64,000 nt of DNA from Eremomyces bilateralis CBS 781.70 (lineage: Eukaryota). The position numbers and the translations under genes were made by a program. Under the pieces are notes generated by a model, which did no database searches, had not been told where the DNA came from, and was given only the letters and a program-made list of their open reading frames with translations. The DNA lies in NCBI GenBank assembly GCA_010015585.1, contig ML975155.1, one strand, 5' to 3'. Positions 44,546 to 56,166 of this stretch are shown piece by piece (position 1 is the first letter of the stretch; the number at the start of each line of letters is the position of its first letter).

Positions 44546-46506
44546 ATGTGGCGCCGAACATACCTCTTCCTGATCCTAATCCGTCTCTACTTCGCGCTTT
44601 CCGCCAGCTACCTTCACCCGGACGAGCATTTTCAAGGTCCCGAGGTGATCGCAGGTACGTTCTCCCCTAAAACACGTTTACTATAACCGCAGCCCCTAAC
44701 GAGCTTCGACGCGCCGCAGGCCGCGTTTTCAAATACCCCGTCCACCAAACCTGGGAGTTCACCTCGTCGACACCGATCCGGAGCGTGTTTCCGCTATGGC
44801 TGGCATATGGGCTGCCGATGTACACCCTGCGACTCCTGTGGGAAGGGGTGGGACAGGACGAGGTCGCGCCGATAGTGGTGTACTGGGCCCTGCGCATCCT
44901 GATGTTCATGCTTAGCTTCGTGCTTGAGGATTGGGCGATTCAGGAGTTGGTCGAACAACCAAGGCAGCGGCACATGGCGTTATTGCTAGTTGCGTCGTCG
45001 TATGCGACGTGGACTTATCAGACGCATACCTTCTCGAACTCGATCGAAACACTGGTGGTCCTCTGGTGTGTGGTGTTGATACGGAGAATTGTCGAGGACA
45101 AAGTAAGCGATCTACCCTGGTATTAAGCAGACATGGCTAACAGAAGTAGAAGCATACCGGACTTTTCGCTTCTTTCGTGCTTGGTTTCCTTATGACATTG
45201 GGCACATTTAATCGAATCACCTTTCCGGCGTTTGTTTTACTACCAGCTCTTAGCTTGATACCCCATTTCCTTCGAAAGTGAGTCCTCGAAATCTCCTCAT
45301 TCCGTCGCAATGCTAACATGCTCTAGACCTCTTTCTCTTGTCACTATTATCATCGCGACGGTTACCACCGCTTCTATCGCGATCATCAGCGATACCAGCT
45401 TTTACCGCAATACCGATCTTGCGAAACTCACCCTCCGGGAGGTCATACAATCCCCTGTCATCCCGCCCCTCAACTCCCTCCGCTACAACTCCAACGCCTC
45501 CAACCTGGCCCACCATGGTCTCCATCCTCGCACGAACCACATCTTCGTCAATCTCCCCCTTCTTCTCGGCCCCGCCACGCTCCCCCTCCTCTCCACCTTC
45601 ACCAAGACCCTCCGGCGCTATCTCCGCCGCCTCCGCTCCGCCACCCCCCCGATCACTCCCATCAGCCCCTCCACTACCGGTCCCCGTCCCCCCTCACCCC
45701 TCACCCCCACCCAACCGCCCCCCAGCCCCTTCACCACCCCCCTCCCCCTCCCCCTCGCCTCCACCGCCCTCGTCGCCATCGCCATCCTCTCCCTCTTCCC
45801 CCACCAAGAACCCCGTTTCCTCCTCCCCGCCGTCCCCCTCCTCCTCACCTGCGTCCGCGTCCCCCGCCTCCGCCGCCCCGCCCGCTCCTTCACCCTCGCC
45901 TGGGTCCTCTTCAACGCCCTCCTCGGCACCCTCATGGGGACATACCACCAGGGCGGTGTCGTCCGCGTGCAGGGCTGGCTCGCGCACAACCTACAACTTA
46001 ACCAGAAGCTCGGCGCCGCCACCATCGCGCTTCCTCCGCCGGCCGCGCAGATCGCCGTCGACCCGCCGATGAACGTCACGGTGCGGGAGATCATCTGGTG
46101 GAAGACATACAGCCCGCCGCTCTGGATCCTGAACGGCGCCAACGGCGTGGTTGAGACGGTGGATATGATGGGCGCGGAGCGGGCGGTCGTCCTGGATCGG
46201 CTGAAGGTCGGGACGCGGAAGGCGTGCTATCCGACGGAGCGGTCGGGTCTGAGCGAGGCGGTCTTCCTGGTGGCGCCGAAGGCGGTGCGGTTGCTAGGGC
46301 CGGGGGACCAGTCGTACGGGGTGGTTGGGGAGAAGAACTTCGGGCGCGGGAGAGGGCTGCGGGTGCGGATGGAGCATCTGGATACACGGCATGTGGGAAT
46401 GGACGATTTGGATTGGGGGACAGACGGAGTTATTGGGACGTTATGGAACCTGGTGTCCGAGCGGGGACTGGTGGTGTGGAGTATCTGGCGGGACTGCGGC
46501 GGGTAA
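44546..46506 (+). CDS. SMP3: GPI mannosyltransferase 4 (Smp3/PIG-Z, Alg9-like)
   Basis: MWRRTYL...[60 protein letters not shown]. Confidence 0.92.
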
Positions 46507-46801
46507 AGTACGACGATTGTTTTGGATTTTTTTTCTATCTGATTTGCTTGCATACAAATGAAGGTTGTGTTGTGTTTCCATTCTGATCCAATACTTGCGA
46601 ACCGTGGTCCGGATAAAAACGATCGATATGCCCATCGCAGACTGATGCCAAAATATTCATGGTGTTGCAATGTGTTGAATGACGTCGCAGCCAAGCAATG
46701 AACTCCAGCTTCCTGCGCCTTATTTCCATACCAGAAGCCTTATTCCAAATGCCAAGCTTCCGACCTAACTCCATGCCAAATACCCTTGTCCATACCAAGC
46801 C

Positions 46802-48619
46802 CTACTTCGGCGAATGCGATGGCGACGGCGCTTGAACCTGCATCACCCTTGCTGCCTCCTCCACCTTCGGTTCCCTTACACTCTCGGACGACGACGCCTC
46901 CGACGGCCCGCCACCCCTTGACATTGTCTGCCGCAACCTCTGCTCCTCCTGCGCCTCCCGCTCCATCTTCCGAGTGATCTTCTGTGAGAACTTGCTGCGC
47001 GCGCGAATCTCCGGGCCCAGCCAGTAGAAGATATACACCGGAATCACGAACGCGATCGACAGGCCGCCGAGCAGCGTGCTCGCCTTCTGCAGCCGCCGCC
47101 TGGGGCCGAGGTCGCGGTACAGCGGCCCCGCGTACAGAGCGGAGATGCCGGCGAGGAAGTCGCGGGCGAAACCGTTGCCGCCGGTGGCCGACGCTGCGTA
47201 GGGCCCGTACGCGGCGACCATGTAGTCGATGGTGGCCATGTAGATGCCGAAATTCGCGATGCCGACGAGGCAGCCGAAGAACATGGGGACGATCCAGTGG
47301 AATTCGTCGGGGCCGCCGGAGGTCCAGGCGAAGCCGAAGAGGCCGACGACGAGGAGGGGCGCGAGGTAGAGGAGCCACCAGAGGCGGTCCTCGGGGCGGG
47401 CGGACTGCGGGTGGCGGTCCATTTTGAACATGTAGCGGCGGATGGGGTAGAAGAAAGAGAGGTAGCCGATGAGGTAGCCGACGCCGATGGGGAGGAAGGC
47501 GAGGCCGACGCCGATAGGGCCGAAGCCCCATTGGGAGAAGACGGGCTTGAACGACTCGAGGAAGGTGAAGATCAGCGCGTCGGAGAAACCCGAGAGGAGT
47601 GAGAGGCAGAGCACGATGGCCTCGGTGAAGAACATCTTGAACGGCCGCGCCCAGATCGTACAGACGCGGTTGAAGGTCATCTTCTCGTGCTCCGGCTCCG
47701 CGGGCGGGACGACGCCAAGCTTCTTCGCCTTGCGGATCTCCGCCTTCACGCATTGGCGTTGCTCCGTTTCGGGCACTAGGATCTGGTGTAGGGCTTGGAC
47801 GACGACGCCGAAGGCGGCCTGCGCGTAGAAGTTGGCGCGCCAGCTGCAGTGTTCTTCCAGGTAGCCGCCGGCCACGGGACCGACGACGGAGCCGAGCACC
47901 GATGCGAACACCACGAAGAGGACGGCGTATCCGTGGTTCTTGACATCCCACATGTCGGCGACGACGCCTAGGGTGACCGAGCCGCCAGCGGAGCAGAGGC
48001 CGCCCAGGAAACGGCCGACGAGGATGGTAGCGATACTGGAAGAGTAGTTAGCATTCGCAACAGAGCTGGTGAAGTCCCCAGAATGCACCTACTTTTTCGC
48101 ACAACTGCACATTATAGCCCAGATGTTGACGAGCATCATGCTAAGCAGGAGCACCTTTTTGCGACCAAACTCCTCCGACCACGGCGCCCAGAGCTCGCAG
48201 CCGAACGCGTAGGACAGCAAGAAGATCATCTGGCCTAGCATGACTTTCTCATGGCTGATGTTGAACTCCGCGGAGATTCCCGACGCGGCGTTGGGATAGA
48301 CGCTCGCGTTGAAGTTCATGGAGATCTGCACCCAGAACAGGACGAACAGGATGAGCCACTTCTTGCCTCGGGAGAAGTGGAAAGCCGGCATGGGAGAATA
48401 TGACACCCCATGGCGGATGAGGTCCGCTCCATTTGGGTTGATGGGAGAGTTGGCACGGTGGCCCTGTTCCTTTTGTAGGCGTCGGGTTTCATTGCTGGAG
48501 TTCGAGCCGGCGCGGGCCTTGGGTGTCGTTTCAACGGGCACTTCCACTGGCCGTTCCGCTCGCACTTCCATAGAGATTTCCTCCGACTCAGAGTCGGAGC
48601 GCGATGAGAGTTTCCCCAT
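46802..48619 (-). CDS. MFS DHA1-family drug/polyamine:H+ antiporter
   Basis: WAPWSEEFGRK, GRFLGG, RPFKMFFTEAIV, PEDRL, YAASA motifs; one intron (~48036-48091). Confidence 0.9.
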
Positions 48620-49847
48620 GATGACGGCTTGGGGTAACCCGGATGGCGTAGAGGAGTGTATAACGATGAGTGTTTGAAGATGAGTTGGTTTGGTGGTACG
48701 GTAGTTGCCGCGACAAACGACGAGAGACGGCTGACTAAAAATAAACTCCAACCCAAAAAGAAGCGATAAATCCGCCGCTTGATTCGATCGTGAGACGGCT
48801 CGTTGGTTTTGGGCGTTGCGCGCCGTATTAGTATGCAGGTGAGCAAGGTGCACCGGTCATCGTGAACTGGCGGAGGCGCGATCGCCAATGAGCGGCGGGA
48901 AATTAACAAGGGATATAACGGCGGTAAAAGAATACTTGTCACGATGTCGACATGATACCAGGTGACGATGCGTTCATTGGGGGTTTGTTGAGGTTCAGCA
49001 CGAAACGTGGACCGCATTTCCCACAGTTCCAACGAAGCGGCGGATCGCGGCGAAGCGCACCAGCGGGAGCCAATTGCGGGCGAGGTATTGGGGAGTCGTT
49101 CCCAGCTGAGGTATTGGGAGTCGCGATGGGGATTGCGAAGGGGAGAGCCTCTTCGCCTGGAGTCCTGCTTCCATGTCAACCTACCCATATCATGACCTGG
49201 CTTATCAGGATAATTCCCCAGATAACTCGACTTTGATTCCCCATGGGGATCGAAACATGACTTCGGTATCTCTTGTGGGCTCAAAATTCTTAACGCGAAG
49301 CAGGTTTTCCATGCTCTTGTGCGAAACCGCTGTCATTGGGAGGGAAATGGGAAAGATCCATGGATCGAAGCAAAGGAAATCGGGACCGCATGACGCACGC
49401 ATCATGCAACACCCAACATCATTGGAAGAATTGGTGTCGATAACGGTACGTGGTACCGTATGATTTATTTGTGTGGGAAATATGGAGGCTTCTCCCATGT
49501 TGCGTGGGCTGAGAGTTTGGTTCTAAATCTTGATTATTCCGCAGCTGGCCTCCATTTCTTGCAGCACGATGGACGGCGCCTCCCGGTTCCTACCAGGCAC
49601 ACCCGATTAGGTTTCCCTACTTTTCGGCATTTGGAGTTCAAATACACACAGCGATGTTGAAAAATCTCCAAACTATTCCCTTGAAACCGGAAGGAGGTGG
49701 TGCCAGTAGTCTAGACGGTACATGTCGGTTGTTTGCGATAGGTGAAGTTTGGCCGATTTTCCTCGTGGAAACCAATTCGGTCCATGAAAGGTAGCTGGAT
49801 GGATTCGATGACATGGTTCGGCTGGCTCACTGAACCAGGACTTCAGA

Positions 49848-49867
49848 NNNNNNNNNNNNNNNNNNNN
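49848..49867. other. Assembly gap (20 N)
   Basis: Run of N. Confidence 1.
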
Positions 49868-50008
49868 CCCCCCACCCACGCTTGCACCGGTGCAGACTCC
49901 GATCCTCTGAGCCGCAAGGTCAGCAGACCTGGAAAAAGGTGCAGCAGGTGAGCTGGGATGGGACTGTTGAACATTTTTTGCCCTTTTTGCGTTTCACGAT
50001 GTTCATTC

Positions 50009-51386
50009 TCAGGTCGGCTGCGCGCGGAACCGTGCCGGCCCAAGTTCCCTCCGGACTTCATCCATCTGTTCAATTGGAGTTTGCGCCTTTCCCTTCTTGA
50101 ACTTCCGCTTCCCATTTGCCGCATGGGAGCCCAGGAATTCATCCATGATGCTGTCGAAATCGGACCGTAGCTGAGGGACATCTCCGGATGCTTCACTGAT
50201 TTTTGAGAGGCCGGACATCCTTGACATGCCAGACATGCCAGACATGCCAGACATACCGGTCATGCCGGAGACCATGGAACCGGTATCATCCATGTCATCC
50301 TCTCCTGTATATTCTGCCTCAAGCTTCTCAAAGCGCCGATCAAGCAGAGTGAGTTGATCGGTACGCATAAGTGATGATGAAGTCATGCTGTATGCGGATG
50401 TGGAAGTCAACGCGCCCTTTCGCTTCTTCTTACGGCCTGCGGGCAACGACGCCAATGCGCTGTCAACCGCGGATTGTGCGGATTGTGCAACCGATGGCGA
50501 GGCCGTCTTGGTCTCCTTCTTGAACTTGCGAAACTCCGCCATCCAGTCGTGCCCAGCGGGCTCTCGTACAGCCTCAGGTTGATCATCGGGTCCGCCGATG
50601 GCTGGGGTGGCTCGCGAGGGAGCAGGATTTTCGGCCTTTATGGTATCGTCACTCTCCCAACCGTCGTCGTCTTCCGCTGTCGCCTCCCAGTCATCCTTGT
50701 CCATAACCTCGCCGTTCTCTGCGAGTTCCTTGAATATGTCCTCATCATCATCCACAAACGCATCATCCTCCAATGCCTCCAACACCTCTCTCAAGCGAGG
50801 ATCCATATCGGGTTGGAATCCTGCAATGGCATCGGGAATATTCTGCTGGTCCTGATACGTCCGCTTTAGAACGAATTCCGAAGGTAGCATTTCATCCCCA
50901 ATCAGCGACCTAGCACTCTCACTAGCAAAGCTCGCGCCGCTCTCACTCCTCATGTCTGACCCGGCCTCGCTCCGCAGAGCATCTTCCAACTTGACTTTTG
51001 TCTTGCCCTTATTCTGCGTATTCGGGGTCGCGTCAACCCAAACCGCGCCGTCCCCCGATCCAAACTCCCGCAGATGTTGCATGTAGTCGTATTGGGTGTC
51101 ATCGTAGTAGATTCCGTGGTTCGCCGCCTCTCCTTCGTTTTTCCGGATCTTCAGGCCGAACTCCTCCTCGAGGTTGCCGAGTTCTTTGACTTTCTTGTCC
51201 CGTTTCCCGGAGAGCTCCTTGAACACCATGGATGGGGCGTCTTCATCGTGAATAAGAGGATCATTTTGGGCTCGGTGAACGAGCTGGAAGGTGGTTGCGC
51301 TCTTCTTGTCACTGTTGAGAAGCGGGTGAGTATTCGCCTTGGAGCCGACATATAAGGACGATGACCTACAATTTGCGTCGAGGCAT
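50009..51386 (-). CDS. LTV1: 40S ribosome biogenesis factor Ltv1
   Basis: 17-nt first exon then DKKSATTFQLVHRAQNDP, GIYYDDTQYDYMQHLR, GFQPDMDPRLREVLEALED, YSMTSSSLMR. Confidence 0.95.
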
Positions 51387-51568
51387 CTTGGAAAACCTTG
51401 AGAGATCTGACTTGAGTGCTTGGTGTGATCTCTTTAGAGAATAGTGAAATCAATCAAGATTTCGAGCGGTTTAGACTTTAGAGGCCTTTAACTTTTGAGG
51501 GGTCAAAGGAATGTGGGATGGAACAGTTTTGTCACTGGGAAATCTGTGGGCAGGCGGTTCTGGCCATG

Positions 51569-51640
51569 ACAGCCTGACTGCCTGACTGCCTGACTGCCTC
51601 TGCCTGTGCAGCTGCTGACTGCCTCTGCTGACTGCCTGGA
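51569..51640. repeat. Degenerate 8-bp tandem repeat (CTGCCTGA) upstream of LTV1
   Basis: gcctgactgcctgactgcctgactgcctctgcctg...ctgactgcct. Confidence 0.8.
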
Positions 51641-52297
51641 TTTTCTAGCAGTCCCTCAAAAGGCAGTCCGTATCACGTGATCGACTCCCAGTGCATCCTC
51701 TTATCGGTAATATAAAAACAATTTCTTGCTCGCTATGTACCTTCCAATAGTGATTCCAACCCAGATTTCATCTCATCTTCATCCTAACCCTCCGATATCC
51801 GTACTTGCGTATCGCCTAGTTGGCAACTTCCTGGGAGGAAACGTCACCAAAACGGATACGATTTCATATGAACGGACTGAGCAACACAGACTATCGATAT
51901 AAGTCATGGAAGTATGAGCGACCGTGACACATATACCTGAAATACTGTGCGTCAGAAAGATGGTTCCACGTCGTAATCACAGAGAGTCGCCCTCCAAAAT
52001 CCAAACTCCACTCTTTGGCTACCCGTGACCGACCGTATCTAGTATGCAGGCACGAAATAGATAGGATGGCCATAGTGAAGTAAGGAGGAGCGGACTAACC
52101 TTAAACCGGCCGAACCTTGGTACAGGGCATGGCTACGTACATACTACATAGTAAGTGGTAATACCCCGCCGTGTAGGACAAGGTATGGTATATCAATCAA
52201 TCAATCAATCCACGCACGCTACCTCTTGTCAGTTGCCACGCTCTAGTATCTACTGTATCCATCATCACTCCTATTGGGAATTTGCAAATCTATCCGC

Positions 52298-53332
52298 ATG
52301 TCGACCGTACCGATCATTGATTTTGGCCCCTTCCTCACTGGATCTATTGGCGATCGCAAACGAACTGCGTCTGAAGTGGACGAAGCATTGAGAACAATCG
52401 GCTGCTTCAATCTTCGGAACCATGGCATTCCTCAGAGTCAGGTTGATGAATGTTTCTCTTGGGTGAGTCTACTACTTCCCTATATCCAAGCCTTCTTACA
52501 GAAATAAAAGAGCCGACAGCTCTTCAGCCTCTCACAACACGAGAAAGAGACTCTCAGTCCCAAGCCTCAATCATTCGAACAAGGTTACTTTGGCATGGAG
52601 AGCGAGAGGGTCCGCGGACGACCATCCGTGAAAGAGAATTTCGATTTTGGCAATCTAAAAGGCAAGCCATTGGGTCCATGGCCTGATCAGCTGCAAGGAT
52701 TTCGTGGTTTTGCTACGGACTTTCATCAGAACTGCTCTAGGCTGATGAACCAACTGCTGGAATGTATGTCGATTGCGCTAGGGCCGAAAGAATCGCTCGG
52801 CCCATACCATACCGGCTCTATGTTCACATCAAGCCTGATTCATTACCCTGCCGTATCCGCACGACTGATTCAATCGGGTGAGGTTGTTCGGAGCCCAGCC
52901 CACTCCGATTTTGGCACCTTGACGCTTCTCTTTCAACGCGATGTTGGCGGTCTTCAAGTCGCAGATATGAGTTCGACAGACAAGTTATCCAGTGCTGCGG
53001 TCGAGCGTACCGGGACGTTCTTGGATGTTGAACCGAATCCTGAAACCATTCTGATTAATGTAGGCTACTTGCTGATGCGGTGGACCAATGGACGGTGGAA
53101 AAACTCGGTGCATAAGGTAGTGGGACCACCTTCAAGCAGGACAAGCACAGAAACTGTTGGAGACCAGGAGTTGATTCCTGAAAGATATAGCATTGCTTTC
53201 TTTGGCTTCCCTGACGCGGAAACAAATGTTGAGTCCTTTGAAAGCTGCTACAGCGACCAAAATCCAAAGAGATGGAGTCCTTTAAATGCAGGCACCTACC
53301 TTCGTAAAAAAAGGGAGGACGTGTATTCTTAG
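52298..53332 (+). CDS. 2-oxoglutarate/Fe(II)-dependent dioxygenase (IPNS/DIOX-like)
   Basis: VPIIDF...GCFNLRNHGI, HSDFGTLTLL (HxD), SVHKV (distal H), RYS; intron 52463-52510. Confidence 0.9.
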
Positions 53333-53780
53333 AGTTGATGCGCATCTTTTCATCAGGAGTACAGAGGGTGAACTAGCCATCCAGTCCTTGACCGTATCTC
53401 TGACGTAACCTTACAATTCGGTTGTATGTGCAGCATCTCCCCAATCCTGATTCCCGCCGGACCCAGTGCATCCTGTCATCACTATCACACTCCTTTCAAT
53501 CAAGCTATTGCCTCTTCTTGGGGATATCCGCCACAGTGTATTAGAGTGGCATCATTTAGAATATACGGAGTAAGCCTATCTACAATTCTTCTTCCTATTC
53601 TCCTCAGCTAATCATTAACGGACAAAAGTTCCCGAACTCACTAGATTCTATCCTTAACACTCGCGAGATAATTCCAGCCATTTCGTCCGAATACCCGGAA
53701 AGTTATCCGTAATAGGGTATGGGAGGAATGATATATCCCGACTTTTCTATGCCACTGCTTCGGCACTTCAACCAACACGA

Positions 53781-54463
53781 CTATGTCTGGAAACTCGTCG
53801 CTCGTGATGAGACTCCGAGTTCGACGGGAGACCGGCTTGGCTCGGCCATATATATTTCCACTAGCGCGGCAGTATAGAAAGGTTGCTTCGGCTTGTCCCC
53901 GTTCACCATGGCCTGCTCATGCATTGCAGTGTTCAGATCCCGCTCCTTTCTCGCAGGTCTTTTCCGTATCAAGACCACTCCAAGGATGGTGAGACAGATC
54001 AAAGCCGTTGCCCCTAACACTCCTCCGACAATCGCGCCGATATTGAGTGAGGAGCCGTTGGCGGTTTCTGTCTGTGTAGGGGAGGAGGGTACCACTGGCG
54101 CGACTGACGTGGGCGCTGAACTGGTCGAGTCCAAAGTCGTTAAAGTAGAACTGGCTGCGCTCAAAGCGGTGGTGGATGAGGCGGAGGAAGATTGAGAATC
54201 GGTAGCAGTTGCACTTAAAGACTTCGGTAGCGCATAGTACGTCGCTCCTGGGGAGTCGCCGCATCCCACGTAGCTATACTGATCCGAGCCTAGGTAAAGA
54301 ATGTCGGTCGAGAAACACTATAGGTTCCCCCGCTGCTGAATTCAGTCCCGTTGTCTTAGTAAACGGTATTCACTGGTACTGACCATGATATCGCAGATAT
54401 TCCCTTGATACTGGCCGGCCTTCCACACCCTGAAACGCAAGAAAAGACATCTGTGCAACGGCC
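53781..54463 (-). pseudogene. 5'-truncated, frame-disrupted single-pass membrane protein (Cys-rich ectodomain, S/T stalk, TM)
   Basis: S/T-rich stalk + IGAIVGGVLG TM + RKR; in-frame TAG at 54318-54320; Cys-rich upstream exon (RCTDVFSCVSGCG) one base out of frame; no start codon or signal peptide found. Confidence 0.6.
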
Positions 54464-54522
54464 GCGGCCCTCCCGCACCACACTAGAGTCACCCCCCCAA
54501 CCCACGAGCCGAGCCTACGGTC

Positions 54523-55896
54523 ATGTGGAGACCAAGACTGAGGCTCGCGGTCGTGCTTGTTCTCCTCCTCCTCCTCCTCATAACGTATTCCATCCTCAAT
54601 TTCAGGCATGATGCGCCGCTCAAGGCCCTTGGCCAAAAGACACAGTCCCTTTGGACATATTGGTGGTCTCCAGCAGGTTAGTTCCCAACGAAACACCGAA
54701 CAGAGTGGGATGCTGATTGTTTGTTCCACCCCTTCAGAACCCGAAGATCATAAAACTTTCTTATAACCCTTCCCAACGCAGGGTCATAGAGATCATAATG
54801 CTACCCTCCTCAGGCTAGCTCCCGACTATGTCGATGCAATCATGAAACTTCCAGCGAGCACTTGCCTCGACTACACTGTCCTCCAGCGCCCAGCAGTCGC
54901 TATGGTTACCTTCGTGAACCATCTCGAAGCGCGACGGGGGAATTGTTGCCCAAGTACCTTTTTGCTTTAGATATTTATCAAAGTGCCCCGGTCCTTTCCA
55001 GTCTCTTCGGTTCGATCGTTGAGAGCATCCGGTACTTAGGACCCGAGAACTGCGCCCTTTCGGTGGTGGAGGGCCGATCAACCGACGGCACTTTCGAGAT
55101 TCTGTCGTCGCTCCAGCCAGTGCTGGAGGGGATCGGCTTGAAATACTACTTCCAAACCAGCGATATCGATCCTAGCAGCGATCGCATCCAGGCATTAGCG
55201 GCGCTTCGCAATCTCGCAATCGAGCCGTACACCGCCGCCCCCAATACGTTCTCCGAGTCGTCCACGATCATCTTCATCAATGATATCGTCCTCTGCGGCG
55301 AAGATACCCTCGAGGTGATCCATCAACGCCAATATCAAGGCGCCCATATGGCCTGCGCGATGGATTGGGTCTACGTTGGAAACGACCCGACCTTCTACGA
55401 TATCTGGATTGCGCGCGGCATGACTGGCGACTCATTCTTTAATATCCCCGAGGACGGAAGCTGGAATTATGCGTGGAACCTCTTCTGGAATGACCCCGAG
55501 GCTCGGTCAAGCTTACATGCGGGACTGCCGTTCCAAGTATTCTCCTGCTGGAATGGCATCGTTGCCTTTAACAGTCAGCCAGTCTTCGAGAAGAAAGTCG
55601 GTTTCCGGTCTGTAAACGATAAGGAGTGCTTCCAAGGGGAACCCAAGCTCTTCTGCAAAGATCTGTGGCACCGTGGATATGGCAAGATTGCCGTTGTTCC
55701 CAGCGTGAATGTTGGGTATTCTGTGGAAGAAGCGCAAAAGCTGAAGAAGCTTAAAGGGTATGTCTCTAATCGGCTATCCTCAGGAGAGCAAGAGAGGCAG
55801 ATTGCATGGAAAGGTGAGCCACCAGATTTTGTCAAATGTATGCCAGGATATGAGCACCAATCGTTTGTTCCATGGAATGAAGGACTTTCGGTATAG
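54523..55896 (+). pseudogene. GT69 (CAP59/Cmt1) alpha-1,3-mannosyltransferase with apparent nonsense and frameshift lesions
   Basis: Exon 1 (54523-54676) encodes a type II anchor (RLRLAVVLVLLLLLLITY); catalytic region intact (SVVEGRS.DGT, LAALRNLA, FINDI, CAMDW, FYD.W, QVFSCWNG, GEP.LFCKD); TAA at 54764 and a frame change near 54845. Confidence 0.7.
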
Positions 55897-56166
55897 ATTG
55901 TCATGGTTCAAAACTGCAGTTTGTGTTGATACCTGGGGAGGAGGTTAATGGCATCTAGTATTATCTCTGTCGCGTTCCTGGAATTCATCAGTCAGGCTTT
56001 ACGTTTCCTAAACCGCGACGCGTTCCCACCAACGCGAGAGATGGTTTCATAGATGATAGAACACGTCGTAGCAAGGCCCTAAGGCTCTTGTAAAGAATTA
56101 ATCAACTCCATGCTTTTCAATGCCGTCCCCAAGGGCTGTGAATAAGGCGTGATTCTCATTCATGGC

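Noticed and set aside
48316..49284. 322-aa minus-strand ORF overlapping the MFS 5' end
   Set aside because: Out of frame with the MFS, GTG start, no recognisable domain
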